Shown here piece by piece: positions 38,331 through 49,980 of a stretch of 64,000 nucleotides of DNA; the first letter of the stretch is position 1, and every line of letters begins with the position of its first letter. The notes under the pieces were generated by a model that did no database searches, had not been told where the DNA came from, and saw nothing but the letters and a program-made list of their open reading frames with translations. A program made the position numbers and the translations under genes. Origin of the DNA: Octopus bimaculoides (lineage: Eukaryota); the NCBI RefSeq assembly GCF_001194135.2, contig NC_068998.1:32728146-32792145 (forward strand), written 5' to 3'.

Positions 38331-38885
38331 TAAATTGATTATAAAGAATTATCTTTGCTACTACAATCTTGACAATTTGCTTTATTTATTTCAATGTGTG
38401 TAATCTAGATCTCATGTAACACATATATTCGGTGACCTAGTATCAAAAATAATAAAGAAAACAAAGTCAAAAATTCTTTTTATTTCACATATTTCAAAAT
38501 TTCAGGAGCATTGTGGAACCTGAAGATATAAATTTTAGAGTTTAGGGCTGGAGTAATATTATTTTATTATGGATTAGTGCTTTCATTCTTTATGGAATTT
38601 TTCAAAGATTGTGCTTTTTGACACAGTGTGGACTGAGAGGCTGCTAGTATTAAAAAGAGTGTTAAATACTTATAGTACACAAATTGATCACTCCACTTCT
38701 CTGAAGCTACTGGATTTCTGTGTATATAAATATAAATAGATTCCTTACTCTTCTGGGCTTGGTCAAGTGATGTAGACACCTGACAAGGAACCGATAAAGT
38801 TCAAAAATCGATTAAGACTGTTCATAGTTTATTTCAATCTACAGAGAAATAATTAAATTTGCCCTGTTTGTTTGTCTATGTAGGT

Positions 38886-38914
<29 letters not shown>

Positions 38915-38916
<2 letters not shown>

Positions 38917-39110
38917 GGGCAACCAGATCGAACCGTCTCAAGTGTAACTGCCCGAAATGGTTGTGACGTCTGGTACTTGACTGAAGAAAGAAGGTCACGA
39001 ATGACCCATCTTTTTTTGCCTGTCCTTCTAATTGTTGTTTCTCTTGTCTGCTTTTGTATCGTCTATCTGTCTGAATGTTTTTATTGTCCTCTATTGCATT
39101 TTTGTTCCAT
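38915..39110 (+). mobile_element. CpG-rich repeat terminus (Penelope-like pLTR fragment?)
   Basis: Flanked by (TA)n; contains CTGAAGA plus a GGTCA-cgaa-TGACC hairpin (half of a hammerhead). Confidence 0.35.
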
Positions 39111-39132
39111 TTACATGTGTATATATATATAT

Positions 39133-40577
39133 ATGCCCCTGGGTGCTCCTCTATGCTGATGACCTTGCCCTAATTGCGGAGTCACTATCAGAACTAGAGG
39201 AGAAGTTTCAGGTGTGGAAGCAAGGTCTACAATTGAAGGGCCTTAGAGTCAACCTAGCTAAAAACAAAATCCTAATAAGTAGGAAGGTAGATAAAACACA
39301 AACCCCTTCAGGTAGATGGCCCTGCTCAGTATGTAGAAAAGGAGTAGGTAGTAACTCTATAAGATGTACCCGGTGCAAGCTATGGACACATAAGAGGTGC
39401 AGCAACATCAAAGGCAGGTTAACTAGGAAGTTAGTTTTTGTTTGTGGCAGATGTTCAGGTGCAATAAAGACTGTAAACAANNNNNNNNNNNNNNNNNNNN
39501 NNNNNNNNNNNNNNNNNNNNNNNNNNNNNNNNNNNNNNNNNNNNNNNNNNNNNNNNNNNNNNNNNNNNNNNNNNNNNNNNNNNNNNNNNNNNNNNNNNNN
39601 NNNNNNNNNNNNNNNNNNNNNNNNNNNNNNNNNNNNNNNNNNNNNNNNNNNNNNNNNNNNNNNNNNNNNNNNNNNNNNNNNNNNNNNNNNNNNNNNNNNN
39701 NNNNNNNNNNNNNNNNNNNNNNNNNNNNNNNNNNNNNNNNNNNNNNNNNNNNNNNNNNNNNNNNNNNNNNNNNNNNNNNNNNNNNNNNNNNNNNNNNNNN
39801 NNNNNNNNNNNNNNNNNNNNNNNNNNNNNNNNNNNNNNNNNNNNNNNNNNNNNNNNNNNNNNNNNNNNNNNNNNNNNNNNNNNNNNNNNNNNNNNNNNNN
39901 NNNNNNNNNNNNNNNNNNNNNNNNNNNNNNNNNNNNNNNNNNNNNNNNNNNNNNNNNNNNNNNNNNNNNNNNNNNNNNNNNNNNNNNNNNNNNNNNNNNN
40001 NNNNNNNNNNNNNNNNNNNNNNNNNNNNNNNNNNNNNNNNNNNNNNNNNNNNNNNNNNNNNNNNNNNNNNNNNNNNNNNNNNNNNNNNNNNNNNNNNNNN
40101 NNNNNNNNNNNNNNNNNNNNNNNNNNNNNNNNNNNNNNNNNNNNNNNNNNNNNNNNNNNNNNNNNNNNNNNNNNNNNNNNNNNNNNNNNNNNNNNNNNNN
40201 NNNNNNNNNNNNNNNNNNNNNNNNNNNNNNNNNNNNNNNNNNNNNNNNNNNNNNNNNNNNNNNNNNNNNNNNNNNNNNNNNNNNNNNNNNNNNNNNNNNN
40301 NNNNNNNNNNNNNNNNNNNNNNNNNNNNNNNNNNNNNNNNNNNNNNNNNNNNNNNNNNNNNNNNNNNNNNNNNNNNNNNNNGGCTGTTTTCGTGCGGGTG
40401 ACACGTAAAAGCACCCACTACACTCTCTGAGTGGTTGGCGTTAGGAAGGGCATCCAGCTGTAGAAACTCTGCCAAATTAGATTGGAGCCTGGTGTTGCCA
40501 TCCGGTTTCACCAGTCCTCAGTCAAATCGTCCAACCCATGCTAGCATGGAAAGCGGACGTTAAACGATGATGATGAT
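39133..40577 (+). mobile_element. 5'-truncated RTE LINE spanning a gap, with a PHD finger after the RT YADD motif
   Basis: PWVLLYADDLALIAES..GLRVNLAK..WPCSVC..CTRC..H..C..CGRC. After the gap comes the RTE 3'UTR and (GAT)n tail. Confidence 0.9.
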
Positions 40578-40615
40578 ATATATATATATATATATAAATA
40601 TACATACATACATAC

Positions 40616-40653
<38 letters not shown>

Positions 40654-40984
40654 ACTCTTCTCAGGTCAATTTCATCCTCTTACATTTTTCTTTCTGTGAT
40701 GGCTGTGGTAGTGAACTTGGAGGGCTAGAGGTCAGGAGCTCTTTTCAGATCTTAAACACGGTGGACCTGGCCACATTTAACAAAGTTATATCCTCAGAAT
40801 CACAATGGCTGATGTGTCATTGAAAACATAATGCCTTGTCATCACATACATTAGATTTTAAGCTTCCATTTTGGGGCTGAAAAAAAGAGAGGATATTTAG
40901 TTAAGGTTTGGGCCACATATAGTTTTTTAAAGTTTTGTTCTTAGATAGGTGACACACCCTGTATTCATGCATCTATATGTGTGT

Positions 40985-41245
40985 ATGTGCATGTATGTGT
41001 GTGTTTCTGTCTCCTTGCTTTGACTTTGCATGATAGTTGGGAATGTGAGTCACTGCCATGTAAGTGGTGTCCTTCATTCCCAATCATCCATGAAAATATA
41101 TCTGGTCATGGAAAAATATTACCTTACTTGGAAACAGATAAAGGTTGGCAACAGGGAAGGCATCTGGTCATAGTAAAATATGCTTCCACACATCTTGTTC
41201 AACTCATGCGAACATGGGAAAGTGGACATTAAAACAATAATGCTG
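40985..41245 (+). mobile_element. Old SINE-like element with an RTE-type tail
   Basis: Ends ggttggcaacagggaagggcatctggtc..catgcgaacatgggaaagtggacattaaaacaataatg. Confidence 0.55.
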
Positions 41246-42174
41246 ATATGTGCATGTGTATGAGAGAGAGAAGAGACAGAGAATGAGAGAGATGGCAGTT
41301 GATTGTTGAAAAGTGTCAGGAATTCAAATATTCTAAATAAATTTGTTTGCTTCTGTTTGGAGTTTGGATAGAGAATAAGTGGGTTTCAGGAGTGGCCCAT
41401 TAAGATGTTTGAATTGCAGCTTCAACATTAACCAGATGATGCTGTCAACAGTTACAGAAAATATTTTTGCTCTCTTTTGAATTAGCTTCTGCAGTAAAGA
41501 GACACCATGTAGTTTCAAAAAATTATCCCAAGTAGTTTATGTGTTGGAACTGTTAAATCTAAAATTTCTGTTTAGTGGCAAAACTGGCTTCTTTAAAACA
41601 ACTACAATATGAATGATCCCACAAGTTTGTCTCTGTACGAGTGTTGTAGATGTTGTTGATATTTAAAAGAATTTTGTCACATGATATGAAATGTTTTTCT
41701 TCTATTAATTGTTCATTAAAATGTTAAAAGTCATCCACTGGCACAAACTCTTCTCTGAATTCGAACCTGGATGATCACTTAAATGATCATCTTTAAAAAG
41801 TTTAAAAACTTTAATATCTACAATTTTTTTATGAATATTTAACTTTTCCTTTCTTTTCCCTCTGACTGTTTGGACATGTAAACCTCCTTTTCATTGCAAG
41901 AACACTATTAAACACCTCCAGTTATCTAACTTTAGCAATTTCAAAATATGTGACTCTCTGTGAGTATGTAATCCATTAATTTCTCCTAGCATCTTGAACA
42001 TGCAAACATTCCTCTCTCATATCCAGGAAAATTTGTAGCTTCTCCAAACACTTTCCAGAACTGATTAAAGTACAGGAGATAAACAATTGCTAATATTTAC
42101 AAGCTGCACAATTACAAAACCTGTAAATCACAGCAAAACTTGTAAAAAGAAGAGAAAATTCAAGAGTGTAAATA

Positions 42175-42231
<57 letters not shown>

Positions 42232-42914
42232 ATATATTATTTTCCTATTATTTTTCTAATTAAAACAGAACAAGGTGAATTGTTTTTTTTTTTCCCAAGG
42301 TCACCACACCCATGCAGTAGTAAACACATATTTGACCTCTGCTTTAGGGAGTGCTTGCTCTTTTGTTTTTTGATCATGCAGGAATGCAAAGGCTCATTAT
42401 TGATCTCATTGTCACCATCTGCTGAACCTATTTACAGACTATTGGTATTTGGTTGTGTCCACTAAGCTGCTTCTCTTCTTCCTACTATCCACTCCAGTCC
42501 TCACGTACTTATGATTGTCTCAAGGCAACATTTGAAACTAAGCAATATTTAATAATACTACACAGTAGTAGGAGCAGCTCTGTAACAGCTCGTAACAATG
42601 ATGGGTACTTTTTGGTTATCTCACCCCCATTAAAAAATTGCTATTAAAAATTGGGGTTATCTCCCCACTAAAACTTGGGTTATCTCCTATATATAAAAAC
42701 CACTTTTTTTCAAGTGAGCTTTATATATATGTCTTATTAATTTTTCTTGAGATTAATTTACCTTTAGAACATTTTAAGAACTAATATAAATACTATCTTC
42801 ATAATATAAAGCAAACATCACAATTTTTTAAAGATGTATTGTAGAGTTTAATCTTAATAAATATTCACCATTTGAGAAAGCTTTTCGAAGATAGTTCAAT
42901 CGGGAAGAGTCCAT

Positions 42915-43259
42915 TTGCAAACACACATAATAGAAGATGATATAAGACCGGGTACTACCATCATAAGTGACAAATGGTCAGCATATAAAAATATAATTGA
43001 TATTAGTCATTGTCAACATCTCACTGTGAATCATTCTCTACACTTTGTCAGTTCTACTAATGGAGCTCGCACCCAAAATATTGAAAGACTTTGGAAGAGT
43101 GCTAAAGAAAAAAATAAAAGACAGAATGGCATTCACAGAAGTCTACTGGATTCATATATGTGCGAGTTTATGTGGCAACAAGAGATTGGATTAAAAGGGT
43201 TAGATCCTTTTGATTCAATACTTCAACACATTGTTGAGTTTTGGCCTCCTCTCAAATGA
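42915..43259 (+). pseudogene. ISXO2/IS1595-like (Merlin) transposase C-terminal fragment
   Basis: IRPGTTIISDKWSAY..HLTVNHSLHFV..GARTQNIERLW..LDSYMCEFMW carries the conserved D..NH..E motifs of IS1595-family DDE transposases. Confidence 0.9.
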
Positions 43260-43384
43260 TTTGTTATAAAAATATTATCAGGTTCAATACGATGTTTCAT
43301 TTTTTCGCTTCTCATGTTTATTGTGTGTGTGTGTGTGTGTCTGTCTGTATCTGTGAGTGTGTGTCTAATATGTTAATATATATA

Positions 43385-43431
<47 letters not shown>

Positions 43432-43433
<2 letters not shown>

Positions 43434-43600
43434 GAGAATATACGAAAAAACAACAACAGACGAGGACAGGTGGTGTAAATAACAAAAGGATGTATTAGTA
43501 TGACGCTCGGGAATACGGAAAGTCTTTGACGTTTCGAGCTACGCTCTTCAACAGAAAGAATACGGAGACAAGGAGAAAAACACGGAGAAAAAAAAAAAAA
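43432..43600 (-). mobile_element. Penelope-like terminus with a degenerate hammerhead, nested in the Merlin element
   Basis: Minus strand reads TCTTT CTGTTGA A GAGC gta GCTC GAAACGTC AAAGA; flanked by (TA)n and an A-rich run. Confidence 0.55.
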
Positions 43601-44729
43601 AGCACGGGGAAAAAAATTGAAATATATATATATATATATATTTATATATAAAAAATTGAAATATATATATATATATTTATATATATAAATCTATATACAT
43701 ATATACATACATTTATGTATGTATGTAGCTATACCTTTATATATTTGTATACAAGCATGCATTTTTATCTGTGTGTGCATATGTGCCTATAAGGATGTTG
43801 ACATGATTTATGGTGTTTTTTTTTTTTTTGGTAAGGAGAGTATTTTGTCTTCAGATTTTATTACCTAGGGAGATTAAATACTGACCAGTTTTTCAACCTC
43901 GTCAATCACCAACACCGGACTGTGTGTGTAAATATGTGTATGTATGTATGTATGTATGTATGTATGTATGTATGTATATGCATGTGTGTGTATGTTTGTA
44001 TGTATATACGTATAAGTATACACGCACACCTTTCATCATCGTTGTTTCTCTTTCTTGTCATTTCTGTTCTTGTAACGGTCATTGTAGTTCACATTATTCT
44101 TAGTTTCATTTTCTTTGATTTCTTTCATTTTTCTTTTATCTCCCTAGGGAATTCGTTGACAAGCTTCTTTCATTTACTTCATTTCTTTTAAACTTATTTA
44201 AGATACACCCTCGTATTTTTTTCCTTGTCTGGCTTGTGGGCTGCTTTAACTTATAGGCCTTGGGCCACCGTCCTGGCTAACCTCACCTCTTCTCAGTGGG
44301 ACTGTAAATATGTGTGTGTGTGTATGTGTGTGTGTGTGTGTGTTTGTGTGTGTGTGCGTTTGCAAATGGACTCAGCTCTTGAAAAAAGTGATGGTTTCAT
44401 ACATGGGAGATAACCCAAGATTTTAGAGGGGAAATAACCCTATTTTTGTAATGGCAATTTTTTAATGGGGGTGAAATGACCAAAAAGTACATGATGATGA
44501 TAACAGCTACACTTGCCATGGCAATATTAGCGCTAACTAATGATGAACACTGCTGCTGTAATGGTAATTTCGAAGTAATTATAATGGTAATAATGGGGGA
44601 GTTGATAGCAGTGACAGAGATAATAACCATTTCTACACCTGCCACACAGGGCTCCATATTAATAATTCTAATGTAGCACAAAAATGTCTGATGAAACAAA
44701 CAGAAAAACTACAACAAAACACTAAATTG

Positions 44730-47700
44730 CTTGTCCCATGGTTAATCTAGAAGTGCGTCCCCCAGGAGAGTGCTAGCCTGGGGTTGAAAAGTCATCCACT
44801 GGCACAAACTCTTCTCTAAATATGAACCTGGATGATCACTTAAACAGGAACTGCCCCAACTCGAGCCCTCCAAGTTCACTACCACAGCCATCACAGAAAT
44901 AAAAATGTAAGAGGATGAAATTGACTTGAGAAGAGCATACAGAAGTAATATACTTTTATTACTATGCATTAGGTAGGCCATCAGAAAAGAAACACACTGC
45001 ACACTCTTATCAAAGATGGAGAACATGAAATCAAGGCAGCAGACTCTATTTGGATGAAAACAAGTTAGCAAATGTTAGGAAGGATATCTTCAGAAATAAA
45101 AGACTCACACATAGTGAAATAACTGTGATCAAACACCCAACAGAAAATGGCCTAAATATAAGACAGAAAAGAAATAAAGAATCAGATGAAGAGAGCAACC
45201 CTCCCCAAGTCTCAATTGAAAGACTGTCACATGACCAGAATGCATAAATGTCTAAAGAAATAAATTGTAATGAACCTGATAAAGATAGTGAGTAAAGTGT
45301 TAATGAACCAGTATTTGAAGACCACTCATTTGCTGAAGAACACAGTGAGTCTATGACAGAAATAAAGCATCAAATCCTTAATAAGCTTGCAGTTGTAAGA
45401 CATGCCAATATGCATGATAGAGAACCACTTCATAAACTCTTAAATACCATCTAAAATAAAAAAAACAGATTAAAATTGGCAACTATGTAACAGAATAAAT
45501 CATACAAGAACTAAAACCTGATCTCATTGAGTTAAATGAAATTATTTACACATCTGCTAAGGCAATTGAAAGCAGTTGTAAGCTCCCCCACCAAAAAAAA
45601 AATAAATAAATAAAAACCAAAGAAATACAAACCTGGCAAGAATTTCAAACTGGAGAAGTAAAATTGAAAAAGCGATTGAAATAATGAGACGTGGAAATAA
45701 TTTGTTGAAACGATGTAAGATCCAGAAAAGGAAGAAAGATGAAAAGAAAATATAGATTTTCACCAAGTGAAGAACTGCTTTCAACAAAAGAAACGGTGCA
45801 ACAAAAAGTCTAAGCAAACACTCACAGAATACAAAGATATGTGCCGAGAAATAAGTTTTATAAGCAAAATAAGCTGTTCACATCCAATGTGAAAACATTC
45901 TTCAGAGAAATAGCGAAAGAAAAATTAATTGTTGAAGACCCCACTCTTATGGAAGAAGTTGAAGACTTTTGGAAAAATATTTGGAGTGATGAAAAGACAT
46001 ACAATGAAAATGTAGACTGGATTAGACATACAGAAGAATCCTATAAAAATTTACCAAAACAAGCATGGGAAGACATCGCAATAACAGACCTAAGAAGGAC
46101 ACTCATGAAGGTTCATAAGTGGAAATCCCTTGGTAAAGATAGGGTGCCAAATTTCTGGCTTGCATTGCTCCTGTGCGCACATGAAAAATTAGTTCAGCTA
46201 TTCAATGAGATTATGAGAGATCTTACGAAAACACCTGATTGATTAGCAAGTGTTATCACTTACCTATTTCCAAAGAATAATGGAACCAGATTTCCCCAAA
46301 ACTTTTGACCCATAGCCTGTCTATCTACCACATATAAAATTTTAACATCCATCCTCTTGGAGAAAACATATGCCTTTATAGAACAGAATGATATTTTCCC
46401 CACTGAACAAAAAAGTGTTGAAGGGGCTCATATGGACGCAAAGATCAGCTTCTAATCAATAGCATGATCCTTGAGAACTGTGATAACAAATGCAGAAATC
46501 TCAGTTCCACATAGATTGATTTGACAGCATATTGCATTCATGGATCTTGAAATCACTGGATATCTTCAAAATTTCTCCAGTGATTTCAAACTTCTTGAAG
46601 CACAATATGTCAGTGTGGAATATGAATCTCCAACTTTACCACTCTAATGGAGTACTAAATACAAACAATATTAATATCAACTGTGGTATTTTCCAAGGTG
46701 ATACACTTTCACCTCTAATTTTTTGCATAACCCTAATACCCCTTACAAGTGAAGCTAACAGAACAGGGTATGGGTATATAACTGACTACAAGAAAATAAA
46801 CTATCCATTCTATATGGATGACTTAAAACTCTATAGCAAAGATGATAATGAGCTTGAAAGTCTATTGTGTATTGTGAAAGCACTCAGTGATGATATTGGG
46901 ATGGAATTTGACCTTGATAAAGGTGCCAAGGCTACTTTCTAGAAAGAGAAATTGAAGACCTCACATTCAGTGGTGTTAGATGTTGGCAAAGTCATAAAAC
47001 AACTTGAGCAGGAACAAACTTACAAATGCCTCAGAATAAATGAGGGCTCTGGCATTCAGCATGCAAGCATGAAAAAGAAGATCAAGAAGGAATGTTACAG
47101 AAGAGTCCCAAAATTTGAGCTAAATGTACGCAACAAGGATTTAGCCTAAATTCCTTAGTAGTTCCAGTTGTTATTTCCAGTTTCAATTGAACTGGAATAT
47201 GATTGAAATAATGAAGATTGACAGGAAAATACATAAGCTGCTGATTTGCAATAAGATGCACCACTCAAAGGCAGATGCAGATCAACTTTACCTTCCCAGA
47301 GCCCAAGGAGGTCAAGGCTTGGTCCAATTTGACTGGCCAATATTTCGAAACATCTAAGGACTGGATACTAAAAGTTGTTAAAAACTATGAGAGACATAAG
47401 AAACTTCATTCTGTCATGAAGAAGACCAAAAAATTTACTAGCGAGTGGATGTATAATATCCAGATTGAACGACATAATGGAAATGCAGCTGCTGTTGTTG
47501 CAAAGAAGGTGAAATCAATGGCAAAGCAAAACGCGTTTGAATAATTGATGATAGGTGAGAACAAAAACCTCTGCATGGCGAATATGTGACCCATAGCAAA
47601 CAAACTGATGTAGACCAGAAGTACACCCTATCAGTGGCTATGAAGCTGAGGGTTAAAAGTGGACAGTGAAGGCTTTATCTCAGCTGCTCAAGATCAGAGC

Positions 47701-48480
47701 TTATTGACCTAGAACTACCAAACCAACATGATGAAAAATGGAGTAGACCCAAAGTGCCAATACTGCAATGATGAGATTGAAACAGTGGACCACTTAATCT
47801 CTGGCTGTAAGGTTTTAGCACCAGTAGAGAATAAATCTAGATATGACAGAGTTGGCCAATATCTACACTGGATAATATGTTGGCTTTATAAAATCAAAAC
47901 TGCTGACAAATGGTACAAGCACCATCCTGAGACTGTAAATGAGTGAGGAAATGTGATGATTCTCTGGGGCTTTCCATTACATACAGACCAAACTATAAAA
48001 GCTAATAAACCAGATATTGTTGTGATCAAAATATCTCAGCAAAAGAATTTGATAAGCTCAGAAAATATAAAGATTTGCGGCATCTCAAGACGGTTGCAAT
48101 ACCAGTGATTGTAGGAGCACTTGGAATGATCAAAAAGGGAACTGAAAATTATTTGAGGATGATCCCTGGCTTACCATCCATGCAGGAAGTGCAGAAAATT
48201 GACGTAACTGGTATGTCACTTGTATTGAAAAGAGCATTATCGCTGTGAATTTTCTTTCCTTTTCCCCCTTATTTTCTTTTTCATTTTGTTCTTTTCTTTC
48301 CCTTCTTTCCTCTGTCTTTCTTCCCTTTTTTCTATCACAGGACTTTGTAAATAAACAAGCTGGTGTATTTATTTTGATGGCCTACCAATGTATACAGTGA
48401 GTTTCTTAGCCCTAGGTTGAGATGACACTCAGCAAGAAATGGAAACAGAATTGAAAGAAGATAACGATAATAATAATGAT
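44730..48480 (+). mobile_element. Near full-length R4/Dong-clade non-LTR retrotransposon (multiple stops and frameshifts)
   Basis: N-terminal ENKLANVRKDIF..LTHSEI; FWKNIW; GIFQGDTLSPLIF; YMDDLKLY; CQYC..ETVDHLISGC zinc knuckle; NKPDIVV RLE motif; VIVGALGMI..VQK C-terminus; (AAT)n tail. Confidence 0.9.
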
Positions 48481-48489
48481 GAAGATATG

Positions 48490-49015
48490 AAATTTTGGCA
48501 CAAGGCTAGCAAGTTCGTCCTCAGGAATCTAGTTGATTATATTGATCCTAGTACTCAAATGGTACTTATTTTATCAACTGTGGAAGGGATGAAAGGCAAA
48601 GTCGACCTCGATGGAATTTGAACTGAGAATCTAAAGAGACAAAAGAAATGCCTCTAAGTATTTTGTGTGACACACTAATGATAGACCAATGATTTTGAGG
48701 GGAAGATTTAGTTAGTTACATTGGCCATGGTATTCAACTGATACTTAATTTTATTGACTCTGAAAAGATGACAGGCGAAGTTGATCTTCACATGATTTGA
48801 ACCTAAAATGTGAAGAACTGGAAGGAATACTGCATGGTATTTTTCGGATACTCATACTATTCTCTCAGCTCAAGTCACTACACTAGCAAATTTGGGTGTA
48901 GTGGTCAGTCAATAACATCGACCTCAGTACTTGCCTGATATTTATTTTATTGAGCTGACAGAAATATTGCAAGGCGTTTATCTTGATGCTCTAACGATTT
49001 TGCCAGCTCACCAAT
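48490..49015 (-). mobile_element. Three consecutive SINE-B copies
   Basis: Three repeats of ..tacttattttatc..aaaggcaaagtcgacc..atttgaac..ccagctc. Confidence 0.75.
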
Positions 49016-49639
49016 AATAAGATAGTCAGATAGATTTAGGCCATAAATATAATTGTCCAAAAAGATGGGCAATGTGGAACTCTGAGTAATGATTCATCTA
49101 CCAATAAATTATATGTGTATGTTTGTGTGTGTGTGTGTGTGTGTGTGTTTGTGCGCCTGTATATGTTTCTAGAAATGGAAATTACAAGTTTGATTGTAAT
49201 TTTCAATTCTTATCTTCATGTCTTGTAGGTTGTAGTGGTCCAAAAATTACTTACTGGCATAATTCTTGTTAATAAATTGGCTTTGAACATCGTCTTCTAA
49301 AATTTGATTTTGATATCATAAAGCAATTTGAGATTGCTCAAAGCAAAATTGATGTCTGCCTCTTTCACTGTCCCTTCCGGTCCTCCACCCCCACCCCATG
49401 CCACTGTCTCTCTTTCAGTCACTATCTTTGTTTTCTGAAATATCATGTCTGTCTGTTTCTCTCTCTCTCCCTTCCCCCTCTCTCCCTCTCTTTCTCTCTC
49501 TTTCTCCCTCTCATCTCTCTCAGCATCTTTAAAAACATGTCTGCTACAACTGCTTTTACACAGAGAAAAATATTTCTCATGAAATATGTTGGAAATAAAT
49601 AATTTAGCATTATCGCCATCGTTCTCATCACTGTTGTTG

Positions 49640-49980
49640 ATGATGTCGTCATCATCATTGACGTGGTCATCATCGTCATCGTCATCATTGACGTGGTCAT
49701 CATCGTCATCGTCATCATTGACGTGGTCATCATCGTCATCATCATCATTGACGTGGTCATCATCGTCACCGTCATCATTGACGTGGTCATCATCGTCACC
49801 NNNNNNNNNNTGGTCATCATCGTCATCGTCATCATTGACGTGGTCATCATCGTCATCATCATCATTGACGTGGTCATCATCGTCACCGTCATCATTGACG
49901 TGGTCATCATCGTCACCGTCATCATTGACGTGGTCATCATCGTCATCGTCATCATTGACATGGTCATCATCATCATCATC
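49640..49980. repeat. 30-bp minisatellite (gtcatcattgacgtggtcatcatcgtcatc)n
   Basis: About 11 near-identical units with a 10-N gap inside; the minus strand reads (HVNDDDDDDD)n. Confidence 0.95.

Larger units (their letters stand above)
42604..44491 (+). mobile_element. Merlin DNA transposon (internally deleted, with nested repeats) with ~115-bp TIRs
   Basis: TIRs at 42604-42719 and 44375-44491 begin GGTACTTTTTGG and contain ggttatctcccc subrepeats. Flanks caatgatg / tgatgatg resemble an 8-bp TSD (6/8 match). Encloses an ISXO2-like ORF. Confidence 0.8.

Noticed and set aside
38970-39005. CTGAAGA plus a GGTCA/TGACC hairpin as a hammerhead
   Set aside because: No GAAA core or cleavage triplet follows.
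7215-40511. All 110-460 aa ORFs containing X runs
   Set aside because: They are open only because N gaps contain no stop codons. The only real coding part is the RTE segment at 39133-39480.
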